This document shows positions 1-8,396 of a stretch of DNA of 64,000 bases, piece by piece (the first letter of the stretch is position 1; every line of letters starts with the position of its first letter). A program made the translations under genes and the position numbers. Where the stretch lies: NCBI GenBank assembly GCA_018812245.1, contig JAHJDW010000032.1:1095-65094 (forward strand), written 5' to 3'. Source of the DNA: Bacteroidota bacterium (GTDB taxonomy: Bacteria > Bacteroidota > Bacteroidia > Bacteroidales > JAHJDW01). Under the pieces are notes generated by a model. It was not told the origin of the DNA. It ran no database searches and saw nothing but the letters and a program-made list of their open reading frames with translations.

Positions 1-746
1 TCTGTAATGCCAAAGTCTGCTAAATATTTCTGTTCCTTCACGAATGTATTATCTGGCAATGTTTCAAAAGAAAAGTGGTTATGTAAACGGGGTTTAAAAA
101 TTCCCAATTCTGTTGCAAGTGCAGAATATTCTTGTGCAGCGTCTGCTACCAAAAAAGCCAATTCATTAATTGATTTGTCAGAAACTATTAACTTTTCATC
201 GTTGATAATAACAGCTGAAAGAATAACGAATTCAATATAAAGGGAAGAGTTGACCCAATCTATGATTTTTTGCGCTGTTTCATCGTTTGGAATTCCATAA
301 GCAAGGGTTGCTAAAAGCTGTCCATAGGTAATAATAGGGAGTTGAGCTTTATTTGCAGCAAAACTATCTGCTGAAAAACCACCAGTTCCAATTAATGCAT
401 CAACCACTCGTTTGTTGCATCGCAATGAAAACATTATATTTTCGGCTAAAATTTCTAATCTTGGGTTTTCTTGAAGTGCTTTCATTTGCGGATAAACTTC
501 TTCAAACATTTCAGAAATGTCAAATCTTTCTTCCTCTATTATCCATTTGATGGCTTTAATGCGAACATTAAATATTCGAGGTAATAAAGCGTCTAAACCT
601 GTTTTTATTTTTTTTGAAGCAGTCAAAACAGATTTAATTTCAGTCAGTAACTTGCTTATTTCTTTTTGCAAAGAAGATTCCAAATGAGGCATGTAGTTTC
701 TCATTTGCAAGCAAATTACATCATAATTCTTGACCGTTGCTAACAT
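1..746 (-). CDS. hypothetical protein; 3' end lies beyond the window edge (at least 248 codons); no family recognised
   Basis: Absent from the supplied ORF track because there is no stop inside the window. I checked every minus-strand codon from the ATG at 746-744 down to position 3 and found no stop. It begins MLATVKNYDVICLQMRNYMPHLESSLQKEISKLL. It lies 53 nt downstream of ORF 800-1387 on the same strand. Confidence 0.6.
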   Translation of the reverse strand, partial: MLATVKNYDVICLQMRNYMPHLESSLQKEISKLLTEIKSVLTASKKIKTGLDALLPRIFNVRIKAIKWIIEEERFDISEMFEEVYPQMKALQENPRLEILAENIMFSLRCNKRVVDALIGTGGFSADSFAANKAQLPIITYGQLLATLAYGIPNDETAQKIIDWVNSSLYIEFVILSAVIINDEKLIVSDKSINELAFLVADAAQEYSALATELGIFKPRLHNHFSFETLPDNTFVKEQKYLADFGIT

Positions 747-799
747 AGTACAAATGTATGAATTTTTTCCTATATCATGAATTTTTATAACTGTGATTT

Positions 800-1387
800 T
801 TAAAATTCGCAGACAAGAAAATCGGACTTCACTTGCTTAACTTCGGGTATGTCTTTACCGTTAATTTTCTTAACCAAATAGTCAAACGCTTCTACATTGC
901 AAATTGTGCTTTGAAAACCTTGCGTCTTTAAAAGTTGCCCGCTTAAATTGTCTACAAGTAGTTCGTTACCTAAAATGTCTGTGCAACGCCACTTTTCTTT
1001 TACATAACGCAATTTTAATTCTGTTCCCTTGCCTTTAAATTTATTGGTAGCAAAGCACCACCAAAGTCGTTGTTTATAAAATGTAATCCAAAGAACAGTT
1101 TCGTCTGTTTGGTAAAAGTTTTTGATTTGGTTTTCGTAAATCGTAACCCACGGTGCAGAAGTTCTTGTTTTGTAGTAGTTTCGAACAATTTTAAATTTAC
1201 CTGCGATTAAGTCATCGTGAAAAAATTCACGAAAGCCGAGTCGCAAAGTTCCATTTGTGATACATTCATCTTCCCATTCTCCACCTTGTCCAAACTTAAT
1301 AAAAAGTGCCGAAGTCGGGTTAATTGGTTTTAATTTTTCCACAATGAAAACAACCGTAGTTTGACAAAATGGCCAAATTATTTTCAA
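800..1387 (-). CDS. hypothetical protein (195 aa as tracked, TTG start at 1387; alternative GTG start at 1342)
   Basis: Long ORF in a visibly AT-rich stretch. It has Trp/aromatic-rich blocks (LWITFYKQRLWWCF, KEKWRCTDILGNELL) and a GQGGEWEDECITNGTLRLGF block near the N-terminus. I can name no catalytic motif. Confidence 0.55.
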   Translation of the reverse strand: MKIIWPFCQTTVVFIVEKLKPINPTSALFIKFGQGGEWEDECITNGTLRLGFREFFHDDLIAGKFKIVRNYYKTRTSAPWVTIYENQIKNFYQTDETVLWITFYKQRLWWCFATNKFKGKGTELKLRYVKEKWRCTDILGNELLVDNLSGQLLKTQGFQSTICNVEAFDYLVKKINGKDIPEVKQVKSDFLVCEF

Positions 1388-1462
1388 CGCTATTTTTATT
1401 CACCGTAAGGCTGATTGAATTTAACCGCCGCCGCGGGTCGGTTCTGGTCAAGCGAAGCTACT

Positions 1463-1486
1463 ACTGAACACTGAACACTGAATACT
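1463..1486. repeat. short tandem heptamer repeat ACTGAAC ACTGAAC ACTGAAT ACT
   Basis: Read directly in the 186-bp gap between the HTH gene and ORF 800-1387. Related copies (CCGAACAATGAATACGAA) follow. Confidence 0.6.
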
Positions 1487-1573
1487 CATTTCACACCGAA
1501 CAATGAATACGAATTTTACTGATTACTGCCGTCAGGCGAGATAAGCTTTGTCAGCGAAATTATCGCACCAGTA

Positions 1574-1948
1574 CTACTTCCGTTTTCTGATTTTATCTTT
1601 CAGCAACTGGATGATTTCGTTCTGGTACTGGACTTCCTTATGCAATTCCTTGACTTTGATTTCGAGAATGGTTTTCTCCTCAGTGAGTTTCCTGACTTGC
1701 TCTTTCAGCCCGTAACTTCCGCGTTCTTCCTCTACAATGGGCAATTCAATACCTTCCGACTGGTAATATTGAAAAAAATCGTGGTTGAGTACATGTCCAA
1801 TCTTTGTCAGCAGCTTGGTATCAATTGTCCTTCTGCGAAAAATATTGTACACATTTCTCCGGTTGGTTGGAACGGCATCAGCAAAATCAGTGATCTTCCA
1901 TTTCTGCTCCCGCACCACTTTTTGAATCATTTTTCCAATATCCACCAT
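1574..1948 (-). CDS. small HTH-type DNA-binding protein with a C-terminal coiled coil
   Basis: MVDIGKMIQKVVREQKWKITDFADAVPTNRRNVYNIFRRRTIDTKLLTKIGHVLNHDFF has a helix-turn-helix layout. A heptad-like segment, KLTEEKTILEIKVKELHKEVQYQNEIIQLLKDK, follows. I prefer the ATG at 1948 to the tracked start at 2044. Confidence 0.6.
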   Translation of the reverse strand: MVDIGKMIQKVVREQKWKITDFADAVPTNRRNVYNIFRRRTIDTKLLTKIGHVLNHDFFQYYQSEGIELPIVEEERGSYGLKEQVRKLTEEKTILEIKVKELHKEVQYQNEIIQLLKDKIRKRK

Positions 1949-2146
1949 GCCGCCAAAATTATCAGATAAATGATGCAACAGTACAACACAGATGTGTGTA
2001 ATACTTAGACACAGTGTGATATATTTGTTCTCATTTCCGGACACAATTTATTAGCGAATTGACTGTTGGGGTTTCAGAAATCAAAATCTTCCGCCCGCTT
2101 TCTTGCGGATTTCCATTATATTTGTCTGATAATTTCAACGAACCCG

Positions 2147-4057
2147 ATGGCATTGCATCTCAAACGTCTTCTCTTCCGGTTTCTAATGTGTCTGGTTGCG
2201 ATATGGACAACCTTTTCGTATTGCGAAGCCCAGCGTGGAACCCGAGGTATGCCGATCCTCACCAACGAACCTGAACCTGGCGAGGTTTATGCGCTGGTCA
2301 TCGGAATTTCGGAATACCAGAATGTGCAAAGTCTTGAATACGCCGACGACGATGCGATATTTTTTGCCGATTTCCTGAAATCAGAAGCCGGCGGTGCGCT
2401 GGATTCGTTGCACATCAAGGTTCTACTTAATAAAGAAGCAACTACCGGAAGAATTGATGCCGGTTTTGGCTGGCTCAGCGATAATACCAAAGCTGGTGAT
2501 ATTGCCATCATCTATTTTTGTGGTCATGGCGATGTGGAAACCCGCACTTCGCGCCAGAACGGATACCTGCTCAGCTACGACTCGCCGGCGCAGGTTTATA
2601 TCGCCGGGGCAATTCCGGTTTCGTATCTCAACGATTTTGTGTCAACGCTCTCGGAGCAAAACACCCAGATCATTCTGATTACTGATGCCTGCCGTTCCGG
2701 GAAACTGGCTGGTGGCATCGAAGGCGCCAAACAAACTTCCTCGATGCTCATGAAACAATGGAGCAACGAGATCAAAATTCTGTCGTGTCAGGCTGGCGAG
2801 CTTTCTCAGGAAGGGAAACGGTGGGGCGGCGGACGGGGCGTGTTCTCCTATTATCTTGTTGACGGGATGCAGGGATTGGCTGATCAGAATCAGGATTCGG
2901 TGGTTACTCTTGCTGAAATATATTCGTATCTTGTGTCAAATGTCTCAGCCGAAACCCAGCCCATGGAGCAAAATCCGGTGGTTTACGGCAAAATGCAGAC
3001 TGTAATGTGCAAGGTTGATTATCCTGCGCTCGAGAAACTAATAAATACACGAAAAAAAGATCAGGAAATCCTTGCTCCTGTAGATCTACGCGGTCTCGAC
3101 ATTATGCTGCTGAGCACTCTCGACTCCAGCATTGCGCGGCAATACAAGGAATTCGAAAAAGCAATTGAAGAAGGGCGACTAACAAAACCAGCCGGAAATT
3201 CAGCCTGGGACTACTACCAGTTGCTGATCGGGAATCAGGAAGCAGTCAAACTCCACGGACTAATCCGCCGCAACCTTGCCGCGGCATTTCAGGACAATGC
3301 ACAGCAGGTCATCAACCAATATCTCGCCGGAAAGAGAACGTCGCTGGATCTTTTGCAATGCAATTACAACGCAGAACTTCTAACAAAAACAGCCGGATTG
3401 ATTGGCGAAAAGCACTTTTTGTACAACTCAATCAGGGCAAAATGCGCTTTTTTTGAAGCATTATCAATTCAATTCAACGCCTATCTGAAAAACGACACGC
3501 TGGGAGCCGGCAAAGTTATCGCGAAACTCAAAGAGTGCATCAGTATTGAGCCTGCTGCTACTTATGCATACAACGAATTGGGATGTCTTTATCAGGAAAT
3601 TAATTGTTTCGACAGCGCCATTGTCGCTCTGAATCAGGCAGTTGAACTTAGCCCTTCGTGGGTGTTTCCCTACATAAACCTGGGTATCGCCTGTTATCAT
3701 TCCGACCAGAAAACCAAGGCAATTGCATATTTTGAAAAAGCCAGAATGCTCGATTCATCGAATGTAATGGTGTATATCAATCTGGGGACATTCTACAGCG
3801 AACTGCGTTATCATAAGAAGGCACACAAGTATCTGGATGAGGCAATCCGCCTCGATCCGGATTTCTATCCGGCATATCTGGCAAAAGCCAGAGCTTCCAT
3901 TATGCAGGGCAAAGTAATAAAAGCATTACGGTTCTTCATTAAAGGGACAAAAAAGTTTCGGAAAAATCCGGACTGTAATGGTACAATGCTGACGAAAGGC
4001 TGGTCGTTGGCCCGCATGGTGATGAAACCAGTCGAAAATATTGATTATGACCAATAA
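2147..4057 (+). CDS. secreted caspase-family (peptidase C14) protein with C-terminal TPR repeats
   Basis: The internal ATG at 2147 gives the signal peptide MALHLKRLLFRFLMCLVAIWTTFSYCEAQ. The caspase His/Cys dyad context is present: IIYFCGHGD and ILITDACRSGKL. The C-terminal half has TPR-like repeats (AYNELGCLYQEINCFDSAIVALNQAVELSP, YINLGIACY, YINLGTFYSELRYHKKAHKYLDEAIRLDP). Confidence 0.8.
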   Translation: MALHLKRLLFRFLMCLVAIWTTFSYCEAQRGTRGMPILTNEPEPGEVYALVIGISEYQNVQSLEYADDDAIFFADFLKSEAGGALDSLHIKVLLNKEATTGRIDAGFGWLSDNTKAGDIAIIYFCGHGDVETRTSRQNGYLLSYDSPAQVYIAGAIPVSYLNDFVSTLSEQNTQIILITDACRSGKLAGGIEGAKQTSSMLMKQWSNEIKILSCQAGELSQEGKRWGGGRGVFSYYLVDGMQGLADQNQDSVVTLAEIYSYLVSNVSAETQPMEQNPVVYGKMQTVMCKVDYPALEKLINTRKKDQEILAPVDLRGLDIMLLSTLDSSIARQYKEFEKAIEEGRLTKPAGNSAWDYYQLLIGNQEAVKLHGLIRRNLAAAFQDNAQQVINQYLAGKRTSLDLLQCNYNAELLTKTAGLIGEKHFLYNSIRAKCAFFEALSIQFNAYLKNDTLGAGKVIAKLKECISIEPAATYAYNELGCLYQEINCFDSAIVALNQAVELSPSWVFPYINLGIACYHSDQKTKAIAYFEKARMLDSSNVMVYINLGTFYSELRYHKKAHKYLDEAIRLDPDFYPAYLAKARASIMQGKVIKALRFFIKGTKKFRKNPDCNGTMLTKGWSLARMVMKPVENIDYDQ

Positions 4058-4080
4058 TCTGCTCATCAATCCCTTCAATC

Positions 4081-6414
4081 TCAGTCTTTTATGCACCGTA
4101 CTGAGAAACCTCTTGTTTTGAAGTCATTTCCAATTCTCAGATCAACATAGTTGTATTCAATGCGCTTATATGCTGACTTTGTTGCATCTGATTCTGTAGC
4201 TGCCCACCATGTGCCGGTTGTGCCGAGCCCGTAAAAATCGCCATAAACCTGATCCCTGTCGCCGCCGGCGAGACCAGAAAAACCACTCATATTGTTTAAT
4301 GTGAGGTTTTCGCCAGGCGCACCAGTTGTTGCTGTTGTATTCCAGCCTGCGTTCGCAGCCATTGATCTTGCAATCTTATTGCCTGTGGTTGTCCCATCCC
4401 AGTTGTAGCCACTGTCAATAAGGAATATCGCCAGCTCTGTCCATTCCAGATTTGTTGGAATGTGCCAACCAGCCGGGCAAATTCCTTGGGTAGTACCCGG
4501 ATCTCCTGCATCGGATGGGGAATATTGCATCATCTCAGTCCATTCATACAAGCCTCCATAAGTAACGCAATACGAAGCCATATTTGCCAAACAGTACTTT
4601 TCTATCAACGCGTTATTGGTTTGCAATTGTCCGCCCGCTACTGAGGTAATCATAGTACCCACATTCAGATTTTTTGCCATCCAGCACTGATCACCTAGTT
4701 GTACTGTAGGATAAGATTGTCCATCGCGAATGTCGGTAAAAATGGTTCCACAGCCCACAATCAGCGCGGCCGGATTCGATATCTCCGTCCCACACGCATT
4801 TGTGATATGGCATTTGTACAAGTACCCGGTCTGGGATACTGAAGCATTCAGAATCATCATTGTATCATTTCTTACACCAGAATATTGCGGACTTGTTCCA
4901 CCATCGGTCAAAAATCGCCAGGTAATTCCGTTGTCAGGACTTTCCATCCATTTATAATACAGCTTTGAGCCAGTGGCCAAGACCGAAAACGTAACATCTC
5001 CTCCCGGCCAGAGCGCCTGATTCACAGGCTGATCCACTATACTGGGATACACGCAATTCATGGGTGTACACCAGATACTTTCCCAATATCCAAGAAATAT
5101 TTGCAAACAGCTATCTGTTGTGTTAAAAATCATTGAACTTAGTCTCGGAGATAATATCGCATCACGCTCAGTAGTAGTAAGATACACTACATTAAACCCT
5201 TCGCGGTCGGCTTGCATAACAAGGCTGTCTGCATTGCCCACGACTTCTCTGAATCCACCAACTCCAAACCCTTTTCGCTCATCCGGAGGAACCGAGTCGT
5301 CGGTATCAATATAAACTCTTACGCTATCAGGAGTAACACGCAAATATTCGTTACTCAATGATTTATTTGGTGCTTTTCCGGAAACTGCAAAACCGCCACG
5401 ATTTGACGACTTTGAACCGCCATCATCCATCACATAAAACCGGATGCTGTCTTCCGTAATTTTCATCCACTCTGTTTCGGTAGCTCCATCTCTTCCGAAA
5501 ACGCTAAATCCTGAGTTTGAAGTTGTTGAGCCTTCCTGAATAAAAACTCTTGCACCTTCGGGATACACCGCGAAAACAGTATTTCCATCTTTGTCTTTCA
5601 CTTCAAAAAGCGGAACATTGGCTGAATCGGTAACTTCGCCCTGCACTTCCAGTTTTCCCGACGGAGAAGTAGTTCCTATCCCAATGTTGTTTCCGGTATT
5701 GTACAATTTTGATGAAGCTTCCCAATCCGTTCCGTTGTGCCTGAGCGTTTGTCCGGTGGCGCCTGGGATGGAACCCGTCGCACTCGTACCGGTTGGACCC
5801 GTAGCTCCGGTAACGCCCGGCAAACCATCATCGCCTGTGGCACCCGATGGACCAGTCGCGCCGTCATTTCCCGAAACTCCTGCGGGACCTGTTGCACCAT
5901 CAATTCCGGCTGGACCAGTAACGCCATCAATTCCGGCAGGTCCCGTAACACCATCACTTCCGGACAGACCTGTCGGACCAGCAATTCCGGTTGGTCCGGT
6001 TGGTCCTCCATTCAGCGAATAAAGAGCGTAGGGAACTGCCAGCAACTCCGATGTTCCCATGAAAATATATGTGCTCCCCCCTGTTAAATCTGCCTCAACA
6101 GAAATGAAGTGCGAAGCTGTTGCCCAACTGATGGTATCAAAATCGCCTGAAACTGGTGTTCCCCTCCCAACTTGTAAGTTGACAATTCCGTACATGTTTG
6201 TCTGCAGACTATGAGTCTCCTGATACACTTGAGTACCCGAAGAAGACCCTTCCAGAATGCTGATTCTGATTGATACTTGCTGGTCAACCAATAAGGTTCC
6301 TGATTGATCGCGAATAACGGCCTGATAATTAAAAGATTGTGGCTGAACTTGCGCCAAAACTGGAAATGTTAACAACAACATTGCAAACAAAGAGAACAAA
6401 AATGTCCGGTTCAT
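4081..6414 (-). CDS. secreted mosaic protein: collagen-like Gly-X-Y tract, Ig-like region and a C-terminal FISUMP (Fibrobacter succinogenes major paralogous) domain
   Basis: The ATG at 6414 gives the signal peptide [23 protein letters not shown] Gly-X-Y run follows ([73 protein letters not shown]). The C-terminus matches the FISUMP pattern: [66 protein letters not shown]. Confidence 0.8.
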   Translation of the reverse strand: MNRTFLFSLFAMLLLTFPVLAQVQPQSFNYQAVIRDQSGTLLVDQQVSIRISILEGSSSGTQVYQETHSLQTNMYGIVNLQVGRGTPVSGDFDTISWATASHFISVEADLTGGSTYIFMGTSELLAVPYALYSLNGGPTGPTGIAGPTGLSGSDGVTGPAGIDGVTGPAGIDGATGPAGVSGNDGATGPSGATGDDGLPGVTGATGPTGTSATGSIPGATGQTLRHNGTDWEASSKLYNTGNNIGIGTTSPSGKLEVQGEVTDSANVPLFEVKDKDGNTVFAVYPEGARVFIQEGSTTSNSGFSVFGRDGATETEWMKITEDSIRFYVMDDGGSKSSNRGGFAVSGKAPNKSLSNEYLRVTPDSVRVYIDTDDSVPPDERKGFGVGGFREVVGNADSLVMQADREGFNVVYLTTTERDAILSPRLSSMIFNTTDSCLQIFLGYWESIWCTPMNCVYPSIVDQPVNQALWPGGDVTFSVLATGSKLYYKWMESPDNGITWRFLTDGGTSPQYSGVRNDTMMILNASVSQTGYLYKCHITNACGTEISNPAALIVGCGTIFTDIRDGQSYPTVQLGDQCWMAKNLNVGTMITSVAGGQLQTNNALIEKYCLANMASYCVTYGGLYEWTEMMQYSPSDAGDPGTTQGICPAGWHIPTNLEWTELAIFLIDSGYNWDGTTTGNKIARSMAANAGWNTTATTGAPGENLTLNNMSGFSGLAGGDRDQVYGDFYGLGTTGTWWAATESDATKSAYKRIEYNYVDLRIGNDFKTRGFSVRCIKD
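5752..6009 (-). repeat. collagen-like Gly-X-Y coding repeat (about 85 codons)
   Basis: The triplet periodicity GGN-NNN-NNN is visible in the DNA. It generates spurious long ORFs in other frames and on the other strand (5591-6022, 5676-6011, 5737-6087). Confidence 0.85.
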
Positions 6415-6633
6415 AACAATTGCGTATTTGGGTTTCGAAATCACAAAGATTTGATAAAAATAGGAAAAATTGCATTTCCTTCGATCGAAAAATTTAAAAC
6501 GAATAAAAATAATTGCTGGCATTACATCAATGATGTCGTCTGAGGTTAAGGATTGATAATAATTTTAGGGTTTTTTTATAAATTGCATCCCCATAATCAA
6601 ATTTTGTAGCACGCTCTTTCAAAAAAAAATCTC

Positions 6634-6641
6634 TACTTTTG
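6634..6641 (+). promoter_or_regulatory. candidate Bacteroidota -7 promoter box TACTTTTG (TAnnTTTG) upstream of dnaX
   Basis: Exact match to the TAnnTTTG consensus, 24 nt upstream of the dnaX ATG at 6665. There is no well-spaced -33 TTTG. Confidence 0.4.
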
Positions 6642-6664
6642 CCTTGTAGGAAAGAAACACCCGA

Positions 6665-8380
6665 ATGGAGAATTTTATCGTATCGGCACGTAAGTACAGG
6701 CCTGGCAATTTCAACAGTGTTGTTGGGCAAGACCATGTTTCCGTTACCCTAAAAAACGCGATTAGCAAGAATCATCTCGCACAGGCATTTCTGTTTTGCG
6801 GCCCGAGAGGCGTTGGAAAAACGACCTGCGCCAGAATTTTAGCCAAAACGATCAATTGCGCAAACCCAACTTCCGATACTGAACCCTGCAACGCGTGCGA
6901 AAGCTGCATCAGCTTCAACGAATCGCGCAGCTTCAATATTCACGAGTTGGATGCCGCTTCCAACAATTCGGTTGACGATATCCGCTCGCTGGTTGACCAG
7001 GTTCGCTTCGCGCCACAAACCGGCAAATACAGTGTGTATATTATTGATGAGGTTCACATGCTCAGTCAGGCTGCTTTTAACGCCTTCCTGAAAACGCTGG
7101 AAGAACCGCCGGCTTACGCAAAGTTTATCCTTGCCACGACCGAAAAACACAAGATTCTGCCGACCATCCTCTCGCGTTGTCAGATTTTTGACTTCCGGAG
7201 AATTACAGTCGAAGATATAGCCCTGCACCTGAAATACGTAGCCGATCAGGAAAAAATCACAGCCGATCCGGATGCCCTTCATATCATTGCATTAAAAGCC
7301 GACGGCGCCCTCAGAGATGCCCTTTCGATATTCGATCAAATTGTAAGTTTTACTGGAAATGAATTAACGTATGACGCTGTAATTCAAAATCTTAACGTTC
7401 TTGATTACGAGTATTATTTCAAAATTACAAATCTGATTCTTGCTGGAGATATCCCTGGCGTTTTGACTATTCTTGACGAAATTTTCTTCCTCGGATATGA
7501 TGCTCAGAATTTTCTGTTAGGACTCGGTAGTCATTACCGCGATTTACTGGTTTGCAAAGACAAATCAACCTTTAAACTTCTTGAAGTTGGAGAAAACATC
7601 AAAGGTCGCTACATCGAACAATCCGGAAAAACCGGGCTGATGTTTCTGGTTCAAAGCCTTGAACTGATCGCCAAAGCTGATGTCCAGTATAATGCCAGTC
7701 GCAATAAGCGCCTATTGATTGAACTTACTCTGATGCAATTGTGCAGCCTCGATACTACTGCCCAACCGGCTCTTGATCCTCCGATCAGACAAGTTGAGAA
7801 ACCCGCTGAAAACCAATCATTACATCAACCACAGAAGCCTCAACCAGTGGCAATGCCGGTTCAGTACATGGAACCTGATAAGAAAAAAGAGGATGAAAAA
7901 CCAATGATTGTTCCTGGCACTGGAATCAAACGCTCTGTGTCGTTGAAAAAGACAAAAGAGCCTTTGAATCAGGAAAATGATAACCCTGAACCCAAAAAAA
8001 CAGCGATCAGCCTTTCGAAACCTTTTGACGAAAGCAGTTTTATTGATGCCTGGAAAAAATTTGCTGATCAGCTTTCAACCGATTCGCCTAGTTTTTCAGC
8101 TACCTTACACAACCACCTGCCACAGTTCAATGAGAATAAAGAAATCACCGTCCGGCTCAACAATAAAGCGCAGATGGCCGAATTTGCAGAAAAAAAACAG
8201 GAATTGCTGGATTTTCTCCGGAAAAAACTTTCCAATACTTCGATTGTGATCAATCAGGAACTGAATGAAGATAATGGCGAGAGAATTTTGACCAATCGCG
8301 AAAAAATGATGAAAATGTCGGCCGAAAATGAGAACCTGAATGAGTTCATTTCTCAGTTAGGCCTTGAATTCGATTATTAA
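6665..8380 (+). CDS. dnaX: DNA polymerase III subunit gamma/tau
   Basis: The N-terminus is SARKYRPGNFNSVVGQDHVSVTLKNAISKNHLAQAFLFCGPRGVGKTTCARILAK (clamp-loader AAA+ Walker A). It also has a CNACESC zinc module, YIIDEVHMLS (Walker B) and ILSRCQIF (sensor). Confidence 0.95.
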   Translation: MENFIVSARKYRPGNFNSVVGQDHVSVTLKNAISKNHLAQAFLFCGPRGVGKTTCARILAKTINCANPTSDTEPCNACESCISFNESRSFNIHELDAASNNSVDDIRSLVDQVRFAPQTGKYSVYIIDEVHMLSQAAFNAFLKTLEEPPAYAKFILATTEKHKILPTILSRCQIFDFRRITVEDIALHLKYVADQEKITADPDALHIIALKADGALRDALSIFDQIVSFTGNELTYDAVIQNLNVLDYEYYFKITNLILAGDIPGVLTILDEIFFLGYDAQNFLLGLGSHYRDLLVCKDKSTFKLLEVGENIKGRYIEQSGKTGLMFLVQSLELIAKADVQYNASRNKRLLIELTLMQLCSLDTTAQPALDPPIRQVEKPAENQSLHQPQKPQPVAMPVQYMEPDKKKEDEKPMIVPGTGIKRSVSLKKTKEPLNQENDNPEPKKTAISLSKPFDESSFIDAWKKFADQLSTDSPSFSATLHNHLPQFNENKEITVRLNNKAQMAEFAEKKQELLDFLRKKLSNTSIVINQELNEDNGERILTNREKMMKMSAENENLNEFISQLGLEFDY

Positions 8381-8396
8381 CCTAAATCCAATAATT

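Noticed and set aside
1463-1486. I considered whether the tandem ACTGAAC heptamers are a CRISPR or other array.
   Set aside because: There are only about three short contiguous units and no spacers. This is far too short for CRISPR, so it is kept only as a minor repeat.
5591-6087. Three overlapping ORFs (5591-6022 +, 5676-6011 -, 5737-6087 +) rich in Pro, Val and Gly.
   Set aside because: They are frame artefacts of the Gly-X-Y collagen-like repeat in gene 4081-6414.
6527-6736. Tracked ORF 6527-6736 (-), 69 aa, in the dnaX upstream region.
   Set aside because: It overlaps the dnaX start and promoter box, and its sequence is basic and low-complexity. It is probably spurious.
7880-8000. I looked for the dnaX programmed -1 frameshift site (A AAA AAG) that produces gamma.
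   Set aside because: A-runs exist at 7883-7888 and about 7990, but the heptamers are not in the X XXY YYZ register of the zero frame and I saw no downstream hairpin. Only tau is supported.
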